Shown in pieces: positions 11,831 through 23,976 of a stretch of 64,000 nucleotides of DNA. How positions within the stretch are numbered: the first letter of the stretch is position 1; each line of letters opens with the position of its first letter. The stretch is taken from the NCBI RefSeq assembly GCF_006345805.1, contig NC_043016.1, positions 24,118,001 to 24,182,000 on the forward strand, read 5' to 3'. Under the pieces are notes generated by a model, which did not search any database, was not told the origin of the DNA, and worked only from the letters and a program-made list of their open reading frames with translations. A program made the translations under genes and the position numbers. Source of the DNA: Octopus sinensis (lineage: Eukaryota).

Positions 11831-11999
11831 CTCTGTTGAACATGCACGCTTACATTTTACATATATACTCCTTAATATTATATATAGCTAATTACATGTA
11901 CGTTATACATGTATATATTTGTGTGTGTGTGAGTGAATGTGTGTGTATACATATATACATACACACACATGCACCTACACGCACACATGCACACCCAAC

Positions 12000-12180
12000 A
12001 TCACTTTACAACCGATGCTGGTGTGTTTACATCCCCGTAACTTAATGGTTCGGCAAAAGAGACCATTAGAATAAGTACAAGGCTTACAAAAAATAAATCC
12101 TGGGATTGATTTGGTCGACTAAAGGCGGTGCTCCAGCATGGCCGCAGTCAGATGACTGAAACAAATAAAAGAATAAAAGA

Positions 12181-12182
<2 letters not shown>
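12000..12182 (+). mobile_element. SINE family A 3' half
   Basis: Tail similarity ending in AATAAAAG repeats. Confidence 0.85.
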
Positions 12183-12211
<29 letters not shown>

Positions 12212-12344
12212 CCATTTTCCACACTGCATTGGTTGGATGGTTTAACAGTAGAGTTTGTTTCACCCTTCAGGCTCTCCAGCTGTCTGAGTATACTGATTTC
12301 TTTTTATATGACAACAGCACTGGTGAGGTCACCAAGTAAGTGAC

Positions 12345-12580
12345 ATTGCCACCATTTTGGGACACTGCCTTGAATTTTTAGTTGAATGAATCAACTCCAG
12401 TACTTTTTTCTTTTAAGCATGGTACTTATTCTACTGATGCCTTTTGCAGAATAGGGATGTAAACACACCAACACCAATTGTCAAGTAGTGGTGGGGGACA
12501 AACATACACACACACACACACATGACTGGCTGCCATGGAGTGAGGTTGAACTCAGAACCATGTGGTTGATAGCAAACTCT
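12345..12580 (-). mobile_element. SINE family A, degenerate with internal deletion
   Basis: Similarity to both tail and head segments. Confidence 0.6.
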
Positions 12581-12800
12581 TTAGGTTGTCAAACAGTTTT
12601 CATAGGATAAAAAAAGGGACAAATTCTGGATCTGAGAAGCCAGATCACACCACAGCTTCATGTTGATTGTTCAATTTATAGATCAATCACATGAAACTGT
12701 GGTGGCTTCTTCATCCTTCACTGAATATCTTGCAGTGGTGGTGTGTGTGGGGATGAATCCCTAAAAGGCTTCGCAGTATTCACAGAGCATTGAGCAGCAG

Positions 12801-12971
12801 TCATAAGGTAGCATTTTGCCACTTGGCATGAATTATTATGATACAGGTAACTGTTTTCCAATATTCAGATAGCTTTTGGTTCTTCATGTCGGCTAACTTT
12901 TTCTCAGCTACAGCTTTAATCTTTATGCTCTCCAAAGCCATCCACTGTTCCTGAAATTCATCAAGCTGTTC
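12801..12971 (-). CDS. Candidate terminal coding exon (EQLDEFQEQWMALESIKIKAVAEKKLADMKNQKLSEYWK...ATL*)
   Basis: Acceptor tcttctaattttag|G and an open E/K-rich coiled-coil-like frame of 56 aa; no family recognised. Confidence 0.45.
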   Translation of the reverse strand, partial: EQLDEFQEQWMALESIKIKAVAEKKLADMKNQKLSEYWKTVTCIIIIHAKWQNATL

Positions 12972-13275
12972 CTAAAATTAGAAGACATAAAAAGAGTCAA
13001 ATTTAGCATGAACACCTTGTGCATGTATGTGTGTAGGTGCATGTGTGTGTATGTATATATGTATACACACACATTCACTCACACACACACAAATATATAC
13101 ATGTATAACGTACATGTATTCATACATCAACAGTTGTGTGTGATGAAATGTTAATTAGCTATTTGTTCATTGATGTTAATTAAGCTGATTGTTCATTGAT
13201 GTTAATCAACTGTCTGTTAAGTGTTTAATATAATTGCCATGCTGTGACCATCGCACAAGGTACATAATTACTTAC

Positions 13276-13310
13276 CTGCAGATATAACTTTCAGCTGATG
13301 CCATGAAATA
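13276..13310 (-). other. Candidate 35-nt cassette exon
   Basis: gttttag| acceptor and CAG|gtaagt donor; length is not a multiple of 3. Confidence 0.4.
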
Positions 13311-13569
13311 CTAAAACACTTGAATGCATTAAATAGACAAGTTTCACCATCTGCTAATTACATTTCTTATCCAAATTATTATTTTTTCATATGTTAAAAT
13401 CTTCCAAATCAAGAAGTAAAAATTACAGTTTCCACTAACTCTGACATTACAGTGGGAACTTAAATTCCTTTGGAAATGTCTTAAATTTCTCCAGGCATAT
13501 AATACAAAAATGAAATGTTTATTTCCTTCTCTTATTTTCATGATGTGCCAGAAGAAATTTATGACATAC

Positions 13570-13663
13570 CTGAAGAGATTTAAGACAGTCACCAATCTTT
13601 TCCATCTCCCATTCCTGGGAGGGTCATGGGGATATAGTTCTCGGACATCTTCTCTATAGGGTC
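13570..13663 (-). CDS. Candidate 94-nt exon (ATG at 13605 gives MEKIGDCLKSLQ; other open frame is GPYREDVRELYPHDPPRNGRWKRLVTVLNLF)
   Basis: gcttttgatag| acceptor and CAG|gtatgt donor. Confidence 0.45.
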
Positions 13664-13719
13664 CTATCAAAAGCAACTATCATTATATTTTTTGGCTGGG
13701 TCCTCAAGAGTGACCGACC

Positions 13720-14280
13720 GAGAATATAGATATTATCCAACTATCTTGTTCTTGGTCTACCCTTAGATCTCCTTCTGCTTAGCTTCACTTGAAGAATCTA
13801 TTTTGTAATTCTTTCTTGCAACATTCTAATCACATGTCTGCAGTTATGGTGCTGTGACCTCTCAATGCAGAGAAGGATTGGCTTGACTTGGAGAGACTCC
13901 CTGATCTCTAAGCTATGCATCCTGTTGAGTAAAATTACTTCAGTGGTCCTTCAAAGGAACCCTATTTCAGTCACTTGTATTTGTAATCATACTTTTTCAG
14001 TCATTAATCAATATCCATGGCCATTGGTAAGGATAGGCACAGGGTAGTTGTGTTGCATCAAGGATGGAAGCCACTCAGTTTGGACTCAACAATTCTCCTA
14101 TATCTTTTTCCCAGGTGCCTAGCATAGGCCTTACCAAGAAGGTTCAACAAGAGATTCCTCTGTAATTAGATCACTCTCTCTTGTTTCCCTTTTAAAAAAT
14201 AGGGATAATCACCCCAGATTCTCATTGCTTTGGTGTCTTTTCAGAGACCCAAGTTACCTGTCAGCTAGAGAATACCTTCT
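13720..14280 (-). mobile_element. Highly degraded RTE-type LINE remnant
   Basis: Minus-strand RRSKGRPRTR*LD motif typical of the RTE ORF end. Confidence 0.5.
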
Positions 14281-14304
14281 CTATTTAAGGTTTTTAAATT
14301 TGAA

Positions 14305-14503
14305 GTCAACTAGTTGGGTAAAAAGTTTTCTTCCCAATCACATGGTTTCTGGTTCAGTCCTACTGTATGGCACCTTGAGTAAGTATCTACAACAATAACC
14401 TCAAGCCGACCAAAGCCTTGTGAGTGAATTTGGTTGGCAGAAGTTCTATAGTGTGTATACATGTGTGTGAAAGTGGTAGTGCTCCCTTTGATAAATAGGT
14501 GGG

Positions 14504-14548
<45 letters not shown>

Positions 14549-14810
14549 ACACACACCCATTCACATATATATATACATCTATATGTGTATGTATGTGTAT
14601 GTGTTCGTTTGTCCCCTACCACCACATGACAAATGTTGGTTTGTTTACATCCCTGATATCTAGTGGTTTGGCAAAAGAGATTGATAGGGTAAGTACGAAA
14701 CTTTAAACAAAAAAATAAAATAAGCTCTTGTGTCAATTTGACCGAGTAAACTCTTCTGGTTGGTGCCCCAGCATGGCCACAACCTAACGAGAGAAAACAA
14801 GTAAAAGAGA
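14305..14810 (+). mobile_element. SINE family A, degenerate full copy
   Basis: Head, expanded CA/TA centre and tail are all recognisable. Confidence 0.75.
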
Positions 14811-14844
14811 GAAGGTAATGATAACATAGCTCTCCCATCCATCC

Positions 14845-14883
<39 letters not shown>

Positions 14884-15766
14884 CTGTTATTTACATTTGT
14901 TTATCTCCCTGTTCCATATAAATTAACAAACTGTTGTGTGAGTTAACATCCAGCTCTTGTTAAATACAAAATATAATTACATATTTCTTGTTTTTTTTTT
15001 GTCGTTAAAGTGTAATGTTATTAGAAAATCATTTACCACACCCCCAAACCCACCACCACCACCACCACCACTACCACACTCACCCCCACCCCCACTCGAC
15101 CATTGTAATATGGCCACCTGATGCCAGAAAAGAAATGTCAATCTTAGCTTAAAGCTCAGCTTTAATTTCACTAATCTCATTCATCATCATGATCATTGCC
15201 ACTCTAATAATCCCCCCCCACCGCGCCACTACCACTATAATCAATACCACCACCATCATCACCATCATCATTGATGACATCATCATCACCAGTGTTATGA
15301 TCATTATTACTGACTCCAAAATCATCATACTGTCATCACTATTATCACTTTAACATCTGTTTTACCATATACTTTGTTTGTTTAATCCACCATAGTTATT
15401 TCAGCCATGCAAGCACAATTACCTTCACTGATCTGTGTTATTGATCTTTAGTCAGCACTTGTTGTTGTTGAAGTAGTCGCTCAGTCGTTATTGCTGTCAG
15501 AAGTTTGATTCAGAAAGTGTTTAGTTTCAATGGTGAAGTTTCACAGGTGTTTGAGGATCTTATAGTTTTTATCTAGTTTCTGATGAGTAAGAAATCTTTT
15601 CCTTGATAAGACACAAATCGTTTACAAAACACAGTACCACTTGTCAATTCCGTAGTGTTGCTTTCACCTTCAACAGCAAATTAAGTAACACTAAGATGCA
15701 TAGCGAACTTACATGTAGACGGAACTGTAAACAGTTAAATGTGTTAGTCATGATATAATGTGTGGA

Positions 15767-16070
15767 GGCGCAATGGCCCAGTGGTTAGGGCAGCAGACTC
15801 ATGATTGGAGGATCGCGGTTTCGATTCCCAGACTGGGCGTTGTGTGTGTTTATTGAGCAAAAACACCTAAAAGCTCCACGAAGCTCAGGCAGGGTGTGGT
15901 GGCGACCCCTGTTGTACTCTTTCACCACAACTTGCTCTCACTCTTTCTTCCTGTTTCTTGAGTAACACTGCGATGAACTGGTGTCCCTTCCAGCTGGGGG
16001 GAACACATACGCCACAGAAACCGGGAAACCGGACCTATGAACCTGGCTAGGCTTAGAAAGGGTGACGTTT
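15767..16070 (+). mobile_element. SINE family C (tRNA-Arg-like head), tail type ii
   Basis: GGCGCAATGGCCCAGTGGTTAGGG...GTTTCGATTCCC head; probable TSD ATGATATAATGT on both sides. Confidence 0.85.
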
Positions 16071-16346
16071 ATCATTTATCATATGATATAATGTACTATA
16101 TCACAGTTTGGTATAGTTGAGTGAACTGTGATCATGTCTGTGATCAAAATACTTGACTGTTGATTTATAATCATAAAAACCAATGTACATCTGTTGATAC
16201 TTGCTGAGTCAAAGAGAAACTGACTTTAGCATCTCTTTTGTAGAAATCTTAATTTCCTTAATAAACAAAATATAACTATAATTTGCAGAGAAGACTGTTA
16301 GTATGCAGTCTTATTCTACTTTCAATCTTTACTACTTACAGCTCAA

Positions 16347-16564
16347 CCATTTAGCATTCAGGTTACTCTGTCAAACATAATGCTTATTTATTCAAATTAG
16401 CTTGTATTAATCATGTAGTATCTTGTTGTTTTGAGATTTCGATGATGTAATTACTTATTTTTAGAATGACATTGTAAGGCAGATGTGATAGGCCTGATTT
16501 GGTCAGTTTGAACATAAAAGGTAGAATATTTGAGCCCACTATGGCCAGCTTAAATATTAAAGAG
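16347..16564. mobile_element. piggyBac-type MITE family X, degenerate
   Basis: Related to 24704-24924 and 40866-41077; TTAA at 16565-16568. Confidence 0.6.
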
Positions 16565-16860
16565 TTAACACACTGGGCCATTGATGAATCAGTATCTTGG
16601 CTATAACAAACAGATCTAAAGACATCAGCATCAGTTCTAGGACAACTAACCTCAGTTAATTTCTTCCCTGGACAATTTTCCCAACCAAGAGACAATTTAG
16701 AAAAAGTATAAGTATGGGGATGCAAATAAATACTATCAGGTCATCCCATAAGTTCTGTCCAATTTTACCATGTTTAAAATTGAATGAAATTTAATAGTAT
16801 TTTAGAATATATAATGGAATTAAAAATGATTTTTATGCATTTGTGTACATTATTTTAACT

Positions 16861-17052
16861 ATCATCATCATCATCATCATCGTTTAACGTCCGTTCTCCA
16901 TGCTAGCATGGGTTGGACGGTTCGACCGGGGATCTGGGAAGCCAGAAGGCTGCACCAGACTCCAGTCTTATCTGGCAATGTTTCTACAGCTGGATGCCCT
17001 TCCTAACGCCAACCACTCCGTGAGTGTAGTGGGTGCTTTTTACGTGCCACCT
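16861..17052 (-). mobile_element. RTE 3' tail fragment inserted in the mariner 5' UTR
   Basis: Near-exact reverse complement of ~61850-62035. Confidence 0.9.
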
Positions 17053-17118
17053 AACTAATTAAATATTATTTTACAGAATAATAGAATTAAAATTTTTTTG
17101 ATTAAAACCCTTTCTAAC

Positions 17119-18134
17119 ATGAAAATATCCAAAGAGCATTTAAGGCACATAATGTTTTATGAGTACAAAAAAGGAAACTCTACAGCTGAAGTGACTCAAA
17201 ACATACACTCAGTTTATGGGAAAGAATGCTTGAATGAAAGAACTGGCAGAAGATGGTTTGCAAAATACAGAAGAGGAGATTTCAGCCTTGAAGATGAAGA
17301 TCAAACAGGATGTCCAGTTGAGTTTGATGATAAACTCCTTGAGGCATTACTTGAAGAAAATACTGCATTATCAGTATTAAAGCTTAGTTCAAACCATATA
17401 ACTGTTCATCATCATCTTCAACAACTTGGAAAGGTTCCTAAAATTGGAAAATGGGTGCCTCATGAATTGTCCGAAAGCAACTACAAATCCCGAGTTGACA
17501 TCTGCTCTTCTTCCCATTCTCACAAACTCATTTCATCCTTTTTGGATAGACTTGTGACAGGTGACGAAAAATGGATCTTCTATTGAAATGTTAAATGTCG
17601 TAAACAGTGGCTTGGTAAAAGGGAAAAAGCTCAACCACAACTAAGAAGAGAACTTCATGGAAAAAGGTTCTTCTCTCTATCTGGTGGGATTGCATTGGAG
17701 TAATTCACTTTGAATTGTTACCACCTAATGCAACAATCAATGCTCAAGTCTATTGTCTGCACTTAGAGCATTTGAACCAAGCTTTGAAGAAAAAAAGACC
17801 CCCTTTGTAAATCAAAAAGGAGTGATGTTTTATCAAGACAATGCGCGACCCCACACTGAAAAGATCATATCACAGAAGATCGAAGAGCTTGGTTGGGAAA
17901 AAATTCTCATCCACCTTATTCTCCTGACCTTGCTGCTTCAGTCTACCATTTGTTTTGTAGTTTACAGAATCATTTGGGGGACATAACTGTCACAAGCCAG
18001 GAGGAGGTCAAAACTAACATTTCAGAGTTCTTTTTTTTGAAACCAAAAGAGTTTTGCATTGATTAGATTAAAAAGCTTGTATATAGATGGAAGGAAGTCA
18101 TAGATAATCAGGGAAAGTACATTGATGGTTAAAT
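17119..18134 (+). pseudogene. Mariner transposase pseudogene
   Basis: MKISKEHLRHIMFYEYKKG...; stop at 17586, frameshifts, and the third catalytic D altered (ASVYHLF). Confidence 0.9.
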
Positions 18135-19167
18135 TACAATTAAATATAACATTTGATCACTTGTTTACTTTATTCAAAATTCGGACAGAACTTATGGGAT
18201 TACCTGATAATACAAATAATTAAGGTTTTATATTTCGTGCTTTATCTGTTATCCAATAACAAGACTTATATTCTGATACTAGTATAATTTCTCCACCAAT
18301 ATTGTAAATTGCAGGCTGTACATCAGTATAATAATAATTAATGATTTCAACAATTAATAATTACATAAATAATGGATACTTACTGAATAATTACAATGAA
18401 TAATAATTGCTTAATTAATAATTACAATGATTAATACAACAATTAATAATAGCACTATTTATTAATTGTCAGGTAACAATTATCTGAGGAGGGATCAGTT
18501 GTCTTTTGGAACCAATATCAAACAGGGGGCAGTTATCCAGGGAGAGGCAGTTGTCTGGCAATGATATGGTGAGTAAGGTGTTGTAGTTGTTCTGATATTA
18601 TGATTGACAAATCAGTGAAAGTAACTTATCATGTCGAGTTCAATGATTTAGTAGGAATGCCACCAAAAACTATCTTCATAGAAAGTAGAAAGTATCATAT
18701 GTAAATTAAGTTAATAACTACCCTCCATCTCTAAGCTACGAGGGTAGTGTTTACATGGGTTTATGAGTATCAGATCATCCCTGGTTCTATAATACAAAAT
18801 TCTTGTTTTAAAGTGGTCTAAATTAAAACTTTCCAGCAAAATTTCATGCTAATATTTCAAGCACCAACTTAATGATGACAAAGTTGAGACTTTCTTAGGG
18901 TGAATGCGACAATATTACAGCACTCCTATAATACATCCACATTAAGTAGGATATACAGGTTGCCATTGTATCTCTGCGATACTGCCTCTGTCACTAATAT
19001 CTAATTTTTAAATTCATTACTTTTAAAATTAAATGAAGCAAAGGCAGCATATTTCAACAGAAATATGATCCTAAAGTGGTTAAAATGATCTAAATTAAAA
19101 TCTGAGGTAAGTGTAATCAGCTAGCCCTCTCTCCTAAAATTTCAGACCTTGTGCCTATTGTAGAAAG

Positions 19168-19190
19168 GATTATTATTATTATTATTATTA

Positions 19191-19223
<33 letters not shown>

Positions 19224-19286
19224 CATTATTATTATTATCATTATTATTATTATTATTATTATTATATATTATTATTATTAATGTTG

Positions 19287-19336
<50 letters not shown>

Positions 19337-19417
19337 TATTATTATTATTATTATTAATGTTATTATTATTATTATTATCATTATTAATGTTATTATTATT
19401 ATTATTATCATTATTAA

Positions 19418-19457
<40 letters not shown>

Positions 19458-19461
19458 GTTA

Positions 19462-19492
<31 letters not shown>

Positions 19493-19500
19493 TATTATTT
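19168..19500. repeat. (ATT)n microsatellite with ~30-bp higher-order units
   Basis: Direct reading; ATTATCATTATTAATGTT recurs. Confidence 0.95.
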
Positions 19501-19936
19501 AAGATGGTGAGTTGGCAGAATCATTAACATGCCAGGCAAAAATGATTAGCAGTATTTTGTCCATCCTTAGATTCTGAGTTTAAATTCTGCTGGGGTTGAC
19601 TTTGCCTTTCATTCTTTTTAGGGTTGATAAATTAAGTACCAGTGAAACACTAGGGTTAATCTAATTGACTAATCCCATCCCCCAAAATTTCAAGCCTTGT
19701 GCCTATAGCAGAAAAGATTATTATTATTTAAGGTGGCAAGCTGAGCAAAATACATTTTTATGTTCTGAGTTCAAACTCTGCTGGGGTTGACTTTGCCTTT
19801 CATCCTTTCAGGATCGATAAAATAAGTACCAGTTCAGCACTGGGATCAGTGTAATTGACTTATTCCCTCCCCGAGCTTGCTGGGTTTGTGCCAAAAATTT
19901 AAAACCATTATTATTATTATTATTATTATTATTGTT

Positions 19937-19971
<35 letters not shown>

Positions 19972-20352
19972 TATTATTATTATTATTAAGGTAGCAATCT
20001 GGCAGAATTATTAAAATGTTACTCAGTTTTTTGTCTGGCATGCTGTTTGCTTTTAGACTCTGTGTTCAAGTTCTAACAAGGACAACTTTGCCTTTAATCC
20101 CTACAGAATTGATAAAATTGCTGGCCGTGAGCCAAAATTTGAAAGAATTATTTGAAAGGTAAATTGTCAGAATCATTAGTACATCAGACAAAAGATCTAG
20201 TGGCATATTTTCTGACTCTTTACATCCTGAGTTCAAATTCTGCTACGGTTGACTTTGCCTTTCATCCTTTCAAAATCAATAAGTACCACTGAGGTTGATG
20301 TAATTGACCAGCATTCTCTCCCACAAAAAACTTCAGGCCTATAGTAGAAAGG

Positions 20353-20397
<45 letters not shown>

Positions 20398-20668
20398 GCC
20401 TTTGCACAGCTTCTAACGCTGGAGATGTACTACAGTGTCATCTGTTCACTACCAGTGAACTAAGGTAACACTTCTTATTTTTCGAGCACCTTCTGGAGTA
20501 TTCAAGCAGTTCCAAGCAGTGCTGTTTTCTGCAAGTGCTCCTCCCTTATTGCAGCCCCTATTTGTTCCATGTACTTCTCAAGATTTTTGCTCACTGTTCC
20601 AAGGGCTCCAATGATTATTGGCACTACTGCTACTTTTCCATCGACCATAACTGCTTAACTTCCCTATC
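20398..20668 (-). mobile_element. R4/Dong-clade LINE 3' end (RLE endonuclease C-terminus)
   Basis: VPIIIGALGTVSKNLEKYMEQIG...LQKTALLGTA*ILQKVLEK*; the 3' end abuts (TAA)n. Confidence 0.85.
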
Positions 20669-21260
20669 ATCATCATCCTCATCATCATCATCATCATTAT
20701 CATCATCATCACCATCATCACCATCATCATCATTATCATCATCATCATCACACCGCCACTGCCACCACCACCACCACCACCACCACCACCATCATCATCA
20801 TTATTATTTAAGGCATCATCAAGCTGGCAGAATCACTAGCATGCCAGGCAAAATGCTTAGCAGTATTTTGTCCATCTTTACGTTTTGAGTTTAAATTCTG
20901 CTGAGGTCGACTTTCATCCTTTCAGGGTCAGTAAATTAAGCACCAGTGAACCATTGGGGTTGATGTAATTGACTAGTCCCCTCCCACCAAATTTCAGGCC
21001 TTGTGCCTTTAGTAGAAAAGATTATTATTATTATTATTATTATCATTATTATTATTTAAGGCAGTGAGATAGCAGAATCATTATCATGCTGGGTGAAATG
21101 CTAAGCAGCATTTTGTCTGTCTTTACATTCTGAGTTCAAATGATCAACCTTGCCTTTTGTTCTTTCAGGGTCAATAAAATAAGCATCAGTTGAGGACTGG
21201 TTTTGATGTAATAGACATACCCCTATCCCAAAATTGATGACCTTATGCCAAAATTTGAAT

Positions 21261-21311
<51 letters not shown>

Positions 21312-21318
21312 TATTATA

Positions 21319-21760
21319 ACTTGGGTTTTGTTGGGACTAGTGGAGTCTTGTATAAGTAGTGGGCTTGCTACCTGCAGCCTATATATAATACCATGTTATT
21401 TGTTCTCTTCAACTAATACTTTCCTGATTATTCTGGTCATGCCAAGGAGGCAAACCTTTTGCAACAGCTCTACTGGGTACTCTGTTCCCGTTTCCTTTAT
21501 ATTCCTCTCAATACCTTTTGTCTATGTCCCTAAGGCCGCAACAATAATTGGCACTTTCTTCACATTTTTCATCTTCCACAGTCAGATGTATACAATCCTC
21601 CTAAATAGGAGGTAGCCTATTTTGGGGGTTTTTTTTTTCCTTCCTTCCTTAACTGTTCATGGGTCTATTATTTCTGAGTGACAGACATCAGGATTATTTT
21701 TTACTTCGTGGACATTGCTCCTGAGCAAATGAGTAAAGCCTGCAGCCAACCAATTGTTTT
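21319..21760 (-). mobile_element. Second, divergent R4/Dong-clade LINE 3' end
   Basis: LWKMKNVKKVPIIVAALGT*TKG...LLQKVCLLGMTRIIRKVL; the 3' end abuts (TAA)n. Confidence 0.8.
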
Positions 21761-22019
21761 ATTAAACTTAATCATGTGCATATAGTTACAAGGTTCTTAA
21801 CAGATCACTTATGGAGTGATCAAAATGGAGAAATATTATCTTCATTGGTTCGCCAATCTTACCTTTACAGGTAATAAATAATGCTTTTATCTTTATTAAA
21901 ACCAATCCCCACCTGACTCTACTGTTGCTGTTATTCCGCTTGTTTCATCTTTCTCTGGAAGAAAGATTAGAAATATGAAAATATGTTTTGACATTAGTTA
22001 GGTTGCTTCAAGTTGTATT

Positions 22020-22255
22020 CTTTTATTCTTTTACTTGTTTCAGTCATTTGACTGTGGCCTTGCTGGAGTACCACCTTTAATTGAACGAATCTACCCCAGG
22101 AGTTATTCTTTTGTAAGCCTAGTACTTATCCTATCAGTTTCTTTTGCTGAACTGCTAAGTCAGGGATGTAAACACACCAACATCAGTCATCAAGTGATGG
22201 TGGGGAGACAAACACAGACACACAAATACATACACATATATATATATATATATAT
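22020..22255 (-). mobile_element. SINE family A 3' half
   Basis: Tail similarity, ending at the central microsatellite. Confidence 0.8.
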
Positions 22256-22540
22256 CACTGTGATCACCGTGACCGACCAGGCTATCAGATGTTGCTACAC
22301 ATCGCTGGTCACAATGCGCTTCGCATTGTTTTAGCCTTAAAATGATGCCGCCCCGCACGCTAAGCGAGCAGGCCAACAGAAGAAAGAGAGAGAGAAAGTT
22401 GTGGCAAAAGAGTACAGCAGGGATCACCCCCCCCTGCTGGAGCCTCATGGAGCTTTAGGTGTTTTCACTCAATAAACACTCACAATGACCAGTCTGGGAA
22501 TTGAAACCACAATCCTACAACCACTGGGCCATTGAGTCTC
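22256..22540 (-). mobile_element. SINE family C, tail type i
   Basis: Matches 29750-30058 and 48430-48660. Confidence 0.85.
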
Positions 22541-22555
22541 CATATATATAAATAA

Positions 22556-22666
<111 letters not shown>

Positions 22667-23378
22667 AGCATCAAATAATCAATAGAAAGTTTAACAGACA
22701 ATGTAGGCTCTTTGAGTGACCTAGTGCACATCAGGTTAATTTAACTTCATACTTAAGAAAGTCATGCCAAAACATAGATTTTTTTCTTCTGCATATGGAA
22801 AGGTTTGTGTTATCTCTACACTGTACTGAGTAAGAATCTCATTGAAAGTGTTGATTAAATTATTTTACTAAACCTAATTATCTAATTAGAAAATATTCAA
22901 TATATAATTAAATACAATTAGTAGAATATTACTGAATAAACTTCTGAAATATTTAAGATAGTTATCAATAAAGTAATAATGATGATTTAGATAGAGATAA
23001 GTTGAGGAACTTAATAAGTAAGATGTCTGACATGAAACACAAGGTAACTGTTTCACTTACACTTTATGGATAATAATTAATTTTCAAACTCTATTGAGAC
23101 AGATGCTGCTGTGCATTGTTGGATCTGGAAACGATCTTCAGCCTTTATAGAGTATTTAACAACTACATTAAGTTGAAATTATTGTAATTTAATCAACAGC
23201 TGAGCTATTGTCCTCTTCATTAACATTTTTGACATTGTTTAATCAACACAGTCTATAACGTTCACTTTGGTTTCTAAATTTATATAATAATAATGATAAG
23301 TGTGTGGGGGGGGGGGGTGCGTGTGCATGTAAGCTCTCTAAGAATCCATAAGCCTGAAAAAAAATGCACTCATATTTA

Positions 23379-23487
23379 TTTAAACTGAATGTTTGTTTCA
23401 TGGCTCAAGTTTCAGCCTACTGTGATCTCTTGCCTGAAGATCACAATGGTGTGCAACTTGAGATGCAAGGCAAGCATTCAGTTTAAA
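23379..23487 (+). other. 109-nt imperfect hairpin (pre-miRNA-like or decayed palindrome)
   Basis: 50-position bulge-free stem with a 9-nt loop, paired by hand. Confidence 0.6.
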
Positions 23488-23543
23488 CAAAACCATATCC
23501 TCTACAGCATGTATTGTCATTTCTTACACACTGCACCCCACCA

Positions 23544-23579
<36 letters not shown>

Positions 23580-23739
23580 ATTTATAGAAAATGATATTTT
23601 AAAAAATTTCCATTTTTCAACAGCTATGAAACTTTTGTTTTTTAATTCTTCCTGGTGTGTGTGTGTGTGTGTGTGTGGTGTGTGTGTGTGTGTGTGTGTG
23701 TATAGATAGATATACAGATAGATAGATAGATAGATAGGT

Positions 23740-23771
<32 letters not shown>

Positions 23772-23794
23772 GGAGAGAGAGAGACTTTATGCAT

Positions 23795-23932
23795 TTGTTT
23801 TGCAAGATTCTTGCAACATGAAATTTGTTTGTTGAAACAGATATTGTTATATTTGGGATAGTCATCTTTTGCTGATTAAACATGCGCACACAATATTTCA
23901 TCTTCAATATCACTTTATTATTATTATTATTA

Positions 23933-23976
<44 letters not shown>

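Larger units (their letters stand above)
16736..18207 (+). mobile_element. Mariner DNA transposon (Hsmar1/SETMAR-like group), defective
   Basis: 25-bp TIRs with one mismatch (16736-16760 and 18183-18207), TA-flanked; WVPHEL, VTGDEKWI, QDNARPH and YSPDLA motifs. Confidence 0.93.
19115..21262 (+). repeat. Head-to-tail array of at least 6 degenerate SINE-B-related units ending in (ATT)n
   Basis: Units start near 19501, 19730, 19990, 20155, 20785 and 21058. Each has CTGAGTTCAAATTC..G.TTGACTTTGCCTTTCATCCTTT and most end CCTTGTGCCTATAGTAGAAAGG(ATT)n. Confidence 0.8.

Noticed and set aside
12972-13569. snoRNA-host hypothesis for the short-exon minus-strand units
   Set aside because: No C/D box pairs with terminal stems were seen in the intron segments inspected; H/ACA RNAs cannot be excluded by eye.
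15579-15597. CTGATGAGTAAGAAA hammerhead-like core
   Set aside because: No room for stem II and no stem I/III pairing.
19050-19112. Plus-strand exon-like segment ending GAG|gtaagt
   Set aside because: Stops in all three frames, and it lies in a decayed MITE-like end.
19151-19502. Poly-Ile/Leu/Asn ORFs resembling membrane or low-complexity proteins
   Set aside because: (ATT)n microsatellite.
19500-21262. Repeat-spacer-like periodicity suggestive of CRISPR
   Set aside because: Eukaryotic SINE units of ~200 bp separated by microsatellite; no unique spacers or cas genes.
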